Source: an uncultured virus (IMG/VR IMGVR_UViG_3300034096_001156)
Lineage: Duplodnaviria > Heunggongvirae > Uroviricota > Caudoviricetes
Strand: one strand, 5' to 3'
Length of the DNA stretch: 28,280 nucleotides
IMG/VR virus record: IMGVR_UViG_3300034096_001156
Shown: piece after piece, positions 1 to 7,547 of the stretch
Position numbering within the stretch: position 1 is the stretch's first letter
How the letters are laid out: each line of letters opens with the position of its first letter
Notes under the pieces: generated by a model
Told to the model about the DNA's origin: nothing
Database searches by the model: none
The model's input: only the letters and a program-made list of their open reading frames with translations
Made by a program: the position numbers and the translations under genes

Positions 1-36
1 TACTGACTTGCTTAGGTCACTAAATTTTAAAACCAT

Positions 37-930
37 CTAAGGAAAGATAAATTTTACTGGCATAGATGCAACCTTATCCTTAAATGCTTCTAGGGTAATA
101 ATTGCATCGTATTCTTTACGGGAAAGCTTATCCTGTAAATACTCATGGTATTGAGATTTTAAGTCAACTATTTTTGACTGCCCCCAATCACATTTCGAGA
201 AAAATTCTAATTCTGCATAAAAGTCTTTACTAGGATGAGACTTAAACTCTTCACAGAATGCAAGAAAATGATTATAAAGTAAATTCTCGGAAACGAAAGG
301 ATTATCATCGGTTTGGGAAACATATAACCGCATAGTGTAATCTCGATTTTCCTTGCCATTACCAAAATAAATTGTAAAATCTACTTTGTCATATAGCCCG
401 TTACTTGGCAAGTTTTTAGGGTCATTTTTGTACCAAGATTGTATATGTTTGATGAATTGATCATCGGAATTAAAAACAGAACTATTAAAAACAATTGATT
501 CTATTTTGTATTCGCTTGGTTCATCGACTTGTTCTATTTCTGCTATTTTTTCTTCATAGTATCCGTCAGGAAGTACACTAAAAAACTCGTTGTTAGCCAC
601 TTTATAGAGGTCAGCGTAAATATAGGGATCGTATTTTTCGTTCTCGATATTTAGCATTACTTTAATTTCATCAAACATTGCGTCTAAGTCGTTATTACTT
701 ACGCTAACAATAGTATCTCCTGTATATCCACCATCAAGAGAATCTGAAACGTAGCTATGATATTTATTAGTAACCAATTTAATTTCTGACATTGTATAAG
801 AAGAACCTATTAACCCTTTGACATCTACAGAAATCTTATCAATAACACCTTTATTAGTTTTTACAGAAAACTTTAACTCTGGGAATGCTTGGGTTAGTTC
901 TTTCTTTAGTTGCTGTGCTTTGGTAGCCAT
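37..930 (-). CDS. Polyvalent-type phage protein, LPD29-like N-terminus and LPD25-like C-terminal region
   Basis: 297-aa ORF. LKKELTQAFPELKFSVKT resembles LPD29; GLYDKVDFTIYFGNG...YTMRL resembles LPD25. Lies under the conserved promoter at 943-1028. Confidence 0.6.
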   Translation of the reverse strand: MATKAQQLKKELTQAFPELKFSVKTNKGVIDKISVDVKGLIGSSYTMSEIKLVTNKYHSYVSDSLDGGYTGDTIVSVSNNDLDAMFDEIKVMLNIENEKYDPYIYADLYKVANNEFFSVLPDGYYEEKIAEIEQVDEPSEYKIESIVFNSSVFNSDDQFIKHIQSWYKNDPKNLPSNGLYDKVDFTIYFGNGKENRDYTMRLYVSQTDDNPFVSENLLYNHFLAFCEEFKSHPSKDFYAELEFFSKCDWGQSKIVDLKSQYHEYLQDKLSRKEYDAIITLEAFKDKVASMPVKFIFP

Positions 931-942
931 TGTTTTAATCCT

Positions 943-1028
943 TGTGTGTTTTGTTTACTCTTTTATCTTAGATCGTTCTCCCATAAATGTCAATAGATTG
1001 GGAGAATCTTTTCTGAGCGGATGTACTA
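943..1028 (-). promoter_or_regulatory. Conserved sigma70 promoter with palindromic operator, copy 1
   Basis: TTGACA (988-993)-N17-TAAGAT (965-970). TTCTCCCA (976-983)-N15-TGGGAGAA (999-1006) straddles the -35. Leader GTAAACAAAACACAC. Confidence 0.85.
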
Positions 1029-1030
1029 AT

Positions 1031-1058
1031 AAAAAACACTTAGCTTAGTTAAGCGTTT
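1031..1058 (-). terminator. Probable intrinsic terminator of the 1087-2043 gene
   Basis: Minus strand AAACGCTTAAC-TAA-GCTAAGTGTTT, imperfect hairpin running into a T tract. Confidence 0.5.
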
Positions 1059-1086
1059 CTTATTGCTGACTAAGAGATAAGTGTAC

Positions 1087-2043
1087 TCATGAAGCTTTAG
1101 CCTTAATCTTGTCATCAAAAGCATCTATGATGTTTTGCCCTATTTTTGCTTTTTCAATTGCGCTAGACTTATTCCATTCTAAGTAAGAACCTGGAATGTC
1201 AATGTTAGCGGCGACCAACTTTTTGACAGCTAATTTAGCTGCTTCTTTTTCGCTTAGATTTTCGTACTTAACTGGGTTTCTAGTTTTAAATCCTACACTA
1301 GACATTATTTCTAATCCTGTTGGGATGTGATGAATGCTGTAAGCGTCATTTTCTCCCGCAGAAATCAGATAATCGCCCAACGCTTCTCCTTTTACTTTTC
1401 TAGTTTTACCTTCTTTGTTTAGAATAGATATAGTCTGTTTGGTAAATTTTGTGTTATCGATTACTTCTTGAAACTTATTTACGCATGGCATCTCACAAAA
1501 GAGATTTAATTCTAATTGTTTGGCTCTGAGTTCAATTACTTGAGTTTCGGCTATATTAATTTGAGGCTTAGATTCATTAATTGCCTTTTCTGGTTTCCGA
1601 TGAAATTCGTCTTTAAATGCTTGTTTTTCCTCGATCCATAAACAGTATTTTTCTGTTAATCCTCTTTTATTCATTTCTTGTTGGTATTGATCAACCCAAT
1701 AAACTACCTGTAAAAGGAGATGGCGATCTCCCCATTGAATATCTTTTTGCGTTCTAAAGTCTCTTTGCATTGATTGGGCAGCTAAAGAATACTTCCATCC
1801 GTCAATAATTTCTTTGTCTGTCAGTTTAGAAGATGGTACTTTGCAGTGTTTTTTAAGGGTAGAAACACTAACAGGGATTTTAATAGTTATATCTTTTACC
1901 TTTATTTCTTTTTTGGGCTTTAACTGCTCAATAGCTGATTCTACTTTTAGAATTTCTATAACAATCTTAGCCTTGGCACGATTGCCTTTTGTAATTTTAA
2001 GTTGAGATTCCAATCGAGCTAATTTAATTTGTAAAGTGTTCAT
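1087..2043 (-). CDS. Hypothetical phage early protein
   Basis: 318-aa ORF directly downstream of promoter copy 2; no family recognised. Confidence 0.75.
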   Translation of the reverse strand: MNTLQIKLARLESQLKITKGNRAKAKIVIEILKVESAIEQLKPKKEIKVKDITIKIPVSVSTLKKHCKVPSSKLTDKEIIDGWKYSLAAQSMQRDFRTQKDIQWGDRHLLLQVVYWVDQYQQEMNKRGLTEKYCLWIEEKQAFKDEFHRKPEKAINESKPQINIAETQVIELRAKQLELNLFCEMPCVNKFQEVIDNTKFTKQTISILNKEGKTRKVKGEALGDYLISAGENDAYSIHHIPTGLEIMSSVGFKTRNPVKYENLSEKEAAKLAVKKLVAANIDIPGSYLEWNKSSAIEKAKIGQNIIDAFDDKIKAKAS

Positions 2044-2051
2044 GTCGTCGT

Positions 2052-2138
2052 TGTGTGTTTTGTTTACTTTTCTATCTTAGATCGTTCTCCCAATAAAGTC
2101 AAGTATGTGGGAGAATTATTTCTGAGCAGATGTACTAA
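2052..2138 (-). promoter_or_regulatory. Conserved sigma70 promoter with palindromic operator, copy 2
   Basis: TTGACT (2097-2102)-N17-TAAGAT (2074-2079). TTCTCCCA (2085-2092)-N15-TGGGAGAA (2108-2115). Same leader as copy 1. Confidence 0.85.
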
Positions 2139-2157
2139 GTATATTTACCTGTTACCA

Positions 2158-2596
2158 TTGTAGATAGATTGTAAATAGGGTGATCGACAACCGAAACCGT
2201 TACCCTGTAAAGGTTCTAGACTTTGTAGATAATGTCGATGTCTTATAAAGGAAAAAGATAAAAGAATAAACCAGACTGGACAATAAAAAATTGTAGAGTA
2301 AAAAAGCAACCAAGGTCAACAGCAAGGCTGTTGGATTGTGATTCGATTGTAGATAAGGTTATCTACAATCGAAAGCCTTGCAGGGTATAGGTTTCAAAGT
2401 TTGTTTATCTTGTTGGCACTTTATGCAGGGGAGAGAAAAAATAGGGAGAGATAAACGAACTGGACAATAAGAGAAGGATAAAAAATCTTGACACAGGGAA
2501 ATAGAGTGACAATATAAACAAAGTCTAGAACCTATATATATCAATGCTTTTTATTGTTGATCACCTTATCTACAATCTATTTACAAACCAACAAAC
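2158..2596. repeat. Left octamer-unit array (3 units: forward, forward, reverse)
   Basis: Units at ~2158-2250, ~2335-2420 and ~2500-2596. TTGTAGAT-like boxes flank an imperfect palindromic core, 32-bp gap in each. Palindrome with perfect 15-bp arms at 2342-2373. Confidence 0.85.
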
Positions 2597-2630
2597 TATA
2601 AACCCCTTATGAGTCCATAGGGGGTTTATA
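2597..2630 (-). terminator. Hairpin terminator after the left Bro-N-like gene
   Basis: TATAAACCCCTTATG-AGTC-CATAGGGGGTTTATA; positional counterpart of 16636-16664. Confidence 0.7.
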
Positions 2631-2645
2631 TGGGTTTAGGTATTT

Positions 2646-3350
2646 TTACCGTTTTTTATCGTTTCTCATGAGCATTCGACCGCCTCGCCATCCCCGTGCT
2701 TTTTCTCGTTCGGTTTCGAGTAGGTTGAATTTAGCTATATCGCGCTCTTTTTCAGCGTGTAATTCTTCGATCACTAGCCGCTTATAGTCAAGCATCGAGT
2801 TTTTACTGCTAAAGTCAGCGATCATAGTCTTTTGAGTTTTGATCAACTCCTCTAGTATTTGCTTCTCTTCGCTTAGTTTGACGATTTGGCTCTCAAGTTG
2901 CCTTACCTCTTTAATTGCCTCGCTCTTGACGCGAAAACCAGCTAATGTGTGAAGGAATAATTGGACTCCTAGCTTAAGCACTTGAGAGGCTAACTCAGGA
3001 TTATCCTTTGGCAACCACTTACAGATTAGGTCTTCTGGGATTAGATAAACCCCTTGCAACCCGCCCTCTGTTTGAATTTGAGCCTGTTTTAGCAATCCTA
3101 ATCCTAACCCCATTGTGTTACCCCCTTGTAACTTGCTCCCTGTTTAAATTTGAGGGCGATTTGGAGATTCAGAAGTTACCCCCTTGCTATCTTCTTTAGA
3201 TAGCCGGGTTAACCGCATAGTGATAGCGTTGGAGCTTTTCCCAGACATACGAGCATATCCTTTGATTGAGGCAAAGCTTTCACCGGTCTGAGTGTCGATA
3301 ATTAGCTCGATGCCGTCGTGATCAAAACGTTGTAAAATTAGATCAGCCAT
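2646..3350 (-). pseudogene. Bro-N/antirepressor-like DNA-binding protein with coiled-coil tail, split by an in-frame TAA at 3144-3146
   Basis: ORFs 3144-3350 and 2646-3113 share a frame and together align with the intact paralogue 16028-16552 (QRFDHDGIELIIDTQTGESFASI; AQIxTxGGLQGV). The stop looks like CAA>TAA. Confidence 0.75.
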
Positions 3351-3382
3351 GTTAGCCTCTACAGTAGGTTGACTTAGTTAGT

Positions 3383-3415
3383 CCCTCGCGTCAACGAGGG
3401 CATATTAATATTGTA
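3383..3415 (-). promoter_or_regulatory. -10 box and 5' GC hairpin of the left Bro-N-like gene
   Basis: TACAAT (3410-3415), then CCCTCG-N6-CGAGGG (3383-3400); homologous to 15964-15996. Confidence 0.65.
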
Positions 3416-3591
3416 CTACATTAAATAATCAATTATTCCCCAATATAGAATTTTCTATATTAGGGAATCTGGACACAAAAAAACGAGAATCGGGAAACCT
3501 ATTAACAGTAGCAACAAACTAATAAAACGTATATATATCAATACTTTTCACTGTTAATATTGCTAACAATCTGTTAGCAGTGTATTAACTA

Positions 3592-3619
3592 AAAACCCGT
3601 CAATCAATTGACGGGTTTT
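3592..3619 (-). terminator. Intrinsic terminator (bidirectional-looking)
   Basis: AAAACCCGTCAAT-CA-ATTGACGGGTTTT, perfect 13-bp arms, just after the stop at 3622. Confidence 0.8.
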
Positions 3620-3621
3620 GA

Positions 3622-3903
3622 TTAATTAAATTTTTTGTACTCTTGTAGTATTAGGTCGGTTGCCTCCTCAAATTGGTTTCCTTTTGATAGCAGTTCAAGG
3701 ACTTTAGCCAGAACTTGTCTGACTCGTTCTTTACCTATTCCTAATTCTGCTGTAGTTGATGCCACTCTAAAGCGATAGTTCCGATGCCGGGAAGTAACAG
3801 GCACTGGGTCAAGATTATTGTTTTTTGCCCACACCAGATAGATGTAGGCTTGTCTAGGTGTTATTACTTTTGTTTTTCTAATTTTAATTTTTGAAAACAT
3901 CAA
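3622..3903 (-). CDS. Small HTH protein, sigma70 region-4-like
   Basis: TTAELGIGKERVRQVLAKVL matches the region-4 HTH pattern; abuts the upstream gene. Confidence 0.6.
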   Translation of the reverse strand: MMFSKIKIRKTKVITPRQAYIYLVWAKNNNLDPVPVTSRHRNYRFRVASTTAELGIGKERVRQVLAKVLELLSKGNQFEEATDLILQEYKKFN

Positions 3904-4443
3904 TCACCTGGTATTCTTTGTTAAATCAAGGGAATATACACTCCAAATATGAGCGTCTAAAAAGTTGATTCCCGCATTTTTTGCCGCTAATTTATCTTCT
4001 TCTCGATCTCCTACCATTAAAATATCGGTAGGTTCTTTGGCGAAGGCTCTTAAAGCGGCAAAAATCATCCCAGGATTAGGCTTTCTGAATTGCTCAATAA
4101 GATCGGGGTACAGTTTATCAATTTGCACGCAGGAATGTTTTTGCGTGAGAAAACATTCCCGTCCTTTAAAATCAGGACAAAAATAAATGCAAGAAAGCCG
4201 TGGAAATATTTCTAAAGTTTTTTGCTGTTCTTCGATTGCGCTTTTTAAGGATTTATAGCCGGCGGCTACTCCGCCCTGATTGGTGATTCCTATCATCGTC
4301 CATCCCTCTTGATGGTAAATTTCCATAGCTTTTATCGCCCCTTCGATTGGTTCCTGATCGTTTGGATCTTCGATGAATTTTCCATTGGTAGATTGGCGGA
4401 TCGTGCCATCAAGATCGAGTAATAAAGCTTTAAATTTATCCAT
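3904..4443 (-). CDS. HAD-IIIA family phosphatase (GmhB / polynucleotide 3'-phosphatase-like)
   Basis: Motifs LLLDLDGTI, ITNQGG, RKPNPGM, MVGDREED. Confidence 0.9.
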   Translation of the reverse strand: MDKFKALLLDLDGTIRQSTNGKFIEDPNDQEPIEGAIKAMEIYHQEGWTMIGITNQGGVAAGYKSLKSAIEEQQKTLEIFPRLSCIYFCPDFKGRECFLTQKHSCVQIDKLYPDLIEQFRKPNPGMIFAALRAFAKEPTDILMVGDREEDKLAAKNAGINFLDAHIWSVYSLDLTKNTR

Positions 4444-4460
4444 CTTTTCTTTTGAGGATT

Positions 4461-4730
4461 CTATGCAGGCTTTTTGTTATGGAAATAGTGTAAATTTTTC
4501 AATCGATCAACTATGCCTGGATCATACTTGGGAGTAGTGAGGGAAGCTTTAATATTGCCATCCTTGAAAAAAATTAATCCGATCTGGCCTTTTGGTAGCT
4601 TTGTCATCTGCCGATCTAGCTTTCGCAAAGTTTCTGGGATCAGGGATTCGTACCATTCGCACCATTCGCACCATTCGCACATTAATTTGGAAGTTTTTTC
4701 GATTTGGCTATCAAGATGGTAGTTTTCTAT
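4461..4730 (-). CDS. Hypothetical protein; start uncertain (ATA at 4730 behind GGAG, or the ATG of MCEW)
   Basis: The track start (4877) overlaps the upstream gene. A leader AGTAAAACAAAACACACGGAG precedes the in-frame ATA. A 9-bp tandem repeat encodes CEWCEWCEW. Confidence 0.5.
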   Translation of the reverse strand: MENYHLDSQIEKTSKLMCEWCEWCEWYESLIPETLRKLDRQMTKLPKGQIGLIFFKDGNIKASLTTPKYDPGIVDRLKNLHYFHNKKPA

Positions 4731-4791
4731 GATAGGTAATCTCCGTGTGTTTTGTTTTACTGATAACTGATTAACTAATGCACGATAGAGA

Positions 4792-5367
4792 TTATAGATT
4801 ACTAAAGTCAATATTGTTTCTATTTTCGATCCACCATTTAGCAGAAATAGGGATTTTGATTTCTTTTTTCCATGCACTTACAATCTCTTGTAAGTGTTTT
4901 AAAGCTATATCTTTTGCCCATTTTACTTGTTTTTCACTTCCTTGAAACTCGGTATTTTCTACCCAGTTCATTGCATCTTCTAAGTCACTTTCGGAAGGAA
5001 TACTAAAAGTATAGTATCCGCTTTCAGTTTTTTCAATTTCATCTGGAAGCTTATCTATTGTTTCTGCATCTAGTTTTTGCTCGATTTGTAATTCTCGCCA
5101 AAAATTAGCAATAATCCAATCAGCCATTTTTTTAAAATCCATTTGTTCACGGCATGAATGCCAGTAATCAATATCGTTGTTTTTTTGCCACCAATAGTAA
5201 AAAGCATTCCAGACTTCTTGCCGCGTTTCTTCGGCAAGAAGAAGATTAATTCGGGTAAGTACCTTTCCTCGATAAGAATCAAGGGAAGTGATAGATCGGT
5301 GATTAAAATTCTTTGAGCGATCAAAGAATATTTCGGAATTTACGGGATTACTAGAAGGGAAAAACAT
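4792..5367 (-). CDS. Hypothetical phage protein with GSEKQVKWA motif
   Basis: 191-aa ORF with GAGG RBS and conserved leader GTAAGCAAAACACA; the GSEKQxxWA motif recurs in phage proteins. Confidence 0.75.
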   Translation of the reverse strand: MFFPSSNPVNSEIFFDRSKNFNHRSITSLDSYRGKVLTRINLLLAEETRQEVWNAFYYWWQKNNDIDYWHSCREQMDFKKMADWIIANFWRELQIEQKLDAETIDKLPDEIEKTESGYYTFSIPSESDLEDAMNWVENTEFQGSEKQVKWAKDIALKHLQEIVSAWKKEIKIPISAKWWIENRNNIDFSNL

Positions 5368-5393
5368 TGTTCTGTCCTCTTGTGTTTTGCTTA

Positions 5394-5460
5394 CATTTCT
5401 AATGTAGATTAATCCTCTTGATAAGTGTTGGCGAAGTGTGCCAGTTTATCAAGTGTCACT
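5394..5460 (-). promoter_or_regulatory. Promoter with upstream GTGNCA-N10-TGTCAC palindrome, copy 1
   Basis: -10 TACATT (5401-5406), no good -35, palindrome at 5438-5459. Confidence 0.6.
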
Positions 5461-5487
5461 GGAATAACTAAGAATCTATTTAAAGTA

Positions 5488-5675
5488 ATAAGCACTAGAC
5501 CAAGTGCGTGCGTCAGCCGACTACTATTTCAAATCGGTTACTGGAATTACACCAGCAAGCTTAGAACGACTCATTAACCAGTCTCACCAGCCGACTACTA
5601 TTTCAAGTCGGTTACTGATCTGCCCAGTAGCTTATGGAGGCTCTAATTAATGGATGCACTCGGTTTAGTGCTTAT
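5488..5675 (-). ncRNA. Candidate structured ncRNA: 22-bp closing stem with two tandem two-hairpin domains
   Basis: Inverted repeats at 5488-5509 and 5654-5675. 30-nt direct repeats at 5514-5543 and 5588-5617 (29/30 identical). -10 TATATT lies 6 nt before 5675. G-U pairs in the internal hairpins favour the minus strand. Confidence 0.7.
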
Positions 5676-5740
5676 ATTTTAAATATATCATGATAATTTT
5701 CAGATAGTTGGCAAAGCGTGACACTTTATAAACTGTCACT
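5676..5740 (-). promoter_or_regulatory. Promoter with upstream GTGACA-N10-TGTCAC palindrome, copy 2 (candidate ncRNA promoter)
   Basis: -10 TATATT (5682-5687), palindrome at 5718-5739; 5707-5740 is similar to 5427-5460. Confidence 0.6.
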
Positions 5741-5759
5741 GTGGATACTTTTGTACTGA

Positions 5760-6809
5760 TTATTCTGTAAACCACTGTAAATAAATCTGATGCGCTATCT
5801 GTGCAGTCATTACAGGAGGAACTGACATACCAATTAAATACTTTGGATCGATATTTTTAAAGTTGTAATCGAGTGGATAGCTACCAATTAGGCAAGTTGC
5901 TTTATTTGATATATAATTATTTAAGTTACTGTGTATTAGTTTATTTTTGTTTGCTATTACTGTTAAAGGCGTTTGATTTTCTAAGCAAACAAAAGTAAAT
6001 CCAATACCGCCGATTTTGCCATTTAAACTTTTTTTATGTGTTTGTAACGCACCTGTTGATGTTATAGGGTTTTTTAAAAGTTTTTTTATATAATTACATT
6101 TAATTGCTTCTCCAATTTCATTTGTTCCAAATTCACCAAACAAAATTGGCTCTTCATTAAAATTTAACTCTAGATTTTTAAAGTTTAAATCATTCCTTTG
6201 ACAAATAAAGAACACTCGCTCACGTTTTTGAGGCACTCCCATGCTTGCGGCATTCAAAAGAAATAACTGTACTTTATATCCTGCTTTTTCAAATTCATCT
6301 TTTATTCGCTTTACATACGCTTTGGCATTACCTTGAATAATTCCTTTAACATTTTCAGCGATAACGACCTTTGGCTGTAGTTTTTTTGCTAATCGTATGT
6401 AATCAAAGAAAAGGTCATCAAGTCGCTGTTTAGCCTGACCTTCCCTAAATACTTTTTCTTTCCCCCAGTCTTTTTCTCTATTTCCTGCCATGCTAAATGA
6501 AGAGCAGGGAGGTGAGCCGTCTAAAATATCTAGGTTGTAAAGTTCATCAGGAAGAGTTGCACGATCAGCAAAATCTCTTATATCTTCAATAAATAAATAT
6601 TTAGGATTGTGGTTAGCTTTATATATATTAGCTACTTGCGGGTCTATTTCAACACCTCCTAAATGGTCAAAACCTGCTAACTTGTAACCCATAGTCGAAC
6701 CACCGCCACAGATAAAAGTACCAAATACTTTTAACCCATGTTTTTCAATTCCAGGTGCTGGGTATCCATCTGACAAATTCCACTTATATGCAAATTTATG
6801 TTTAGTCAT
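5760..6809 (-). CDS. DNA (cytosine-5) methyltransferase, no cognate endonuclease seen
   Basis: Motif I variant TFICGGG, catalytic GSPPCSSFS, ENV, PQKRERVFF, C-terminal IGMSVPP. Confidence 0.93.
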   Translation of the reverse strand: MTKHKFAYKWNLSDGYPAPGIEKHGLKVFGTFICGGGSTMGYKLAGFDHLGGVEIDPQVANIYKANHNPKYLFIEDIRDFADRATLPDELYNLDILDGSPPCSSFSMAGNREKDWGKEKVFREGQAKQRLDDLFFDYIRLAKKLQPKVVIAENVKGIIQGNAKAYVKRIKDEFEKAGYKVQLFLLNAASMGVPQKRERVFFICQRNDLNFKNLELNFNEEPILFGEFGTNEIGEAIKCNYIKKLLKNPITSTGALQTHKKSLNGKIGGIGFTFVCLENQTPLTVIANKNKLIHSNLNNYISNKATCLIGSYPLDYNFKNIDPKYLIGMSVPPVMTAQIAHQIYLQWFTE

Positions 6810-7506
6810 TACCTAAAAGCTTCCATACTGCTTGTTCGGGTGTCGATGCTATTTTACTTAATTGTTCTTTTACTTGCCAGTATTCATTTTCTGTATAACT
6901 TAATTTAATTATCATTTGCCCATCTATACCCTCGATGTCAATTTCTTTGTTTTTTCCCGAAAAATTATCTGTTATATTCGATTCAAAATTATCAGAATTA
7001 TCTAAATTATCTGAAGTATTTAAAGCTTCTAGGATTGAATTTAAATCGCCGATTACTCCTAAATTTTCCCCCCCTTCATCAAGGTATTCAGCTTGGCTAA
7101 TTAGTAAGTCAGTATCAAAAAGCTTTAATTCCGTAGCAAGGTCAAGCCCCGCCCCGTGAATCGTAGAATGGTTGTGAATAATCGAGTATTTTATAGCTTG
7201 AGCCTCATTTTTAGCGTGAACTCCTACTAAAATAGGAACCATCCACTCCCCATCGTTGTCAATATCTATACCTCTAGGTCGATCTATTTTGCGCTTTTTA
7301 ATTGCTAATAGTGCGGCACACCGATCATGACCCTCAGTAATCCCCCCTTTTCCGCCGTTTAAGCTCGGATCGTAGCCAATTGGGTCTTTAAATCCCATAT
7401 CCAATATTGAAGCTATTGTGTTTTCAGTGGCGTGTTTTTTGGAATTACCCTTTAGTTGTTTTAGGTCGCAAAGCCGTCGATACTCAATTTCTAATTTATC
7501 TGTCAT
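6802..7506 (-). CDS. ParB/Srx-like N-terminal domain protein
   Basis: NSKKH...SILDMGFKDPI...ITEGHDRCAAL is a ParB_N-like pattern. ATG at 7506 preferred over the track start. Overlaps the methyltransferase start. Confidence 0.75.
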   Translation of the reverse strand: MTDKLEIEYRRLCDLKQLKGNSKKHATENTIASILDMGFKDPIGYDPSLNGGKGGITEGHDRCAALLAIKKRKIDRPRGIDIDNDGEWMVPILVGVHAKNEAQAIKYSIIHNHSTIHGAGLDLATELKLFDTDLLISQAEYLDEGGENLGVIGDLNSILEALNTSDNLDNSDNFESNITDNFSGKNKEIDIEGIDGQMIIKLSYTENEYWQVKEQLSKIASTPEQAVWKLLGND

Positions 7507-7547
7507 GATTGATGTAAGATTAAGTAACTCTACTACTATAATAACCA

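Noticed and set aside
2342..2373. Protelomerase telRL site
   Set aside because: Has a 2-nt non-palindromic centre, occurs twice, and no protelomerase is seen in the window.
2158..2596. CRISPR array or coding sequence in the octamer arrays (ORFs 2359-2544, 17170-17409)
   Set aside because: Units are ~90 bp, degenerate and in both orientations. The ORFs lack an RBS and look like by-products of the repeats.
5514..5617. Mini CRISPR array (30-nt repeat, 44-nt spacer, repeat)
   Set aside because: Similarity and structure continue into the supposed spacer and flank (second hairpin, AGCTTA, ATTAA). The repeat does not match cyanobacterial CRISPR repeats I know, and no cas genes are present. Better explained as tandem RNA domains.
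5488..5675. Retron msr-msd, 6S RNA or glnA riboswitch
   Set aside because: No reverse transcriptase in the window; the interior is a tandem repeat rather than a 6S rod with central bubble; the glnA consensus is not matched.
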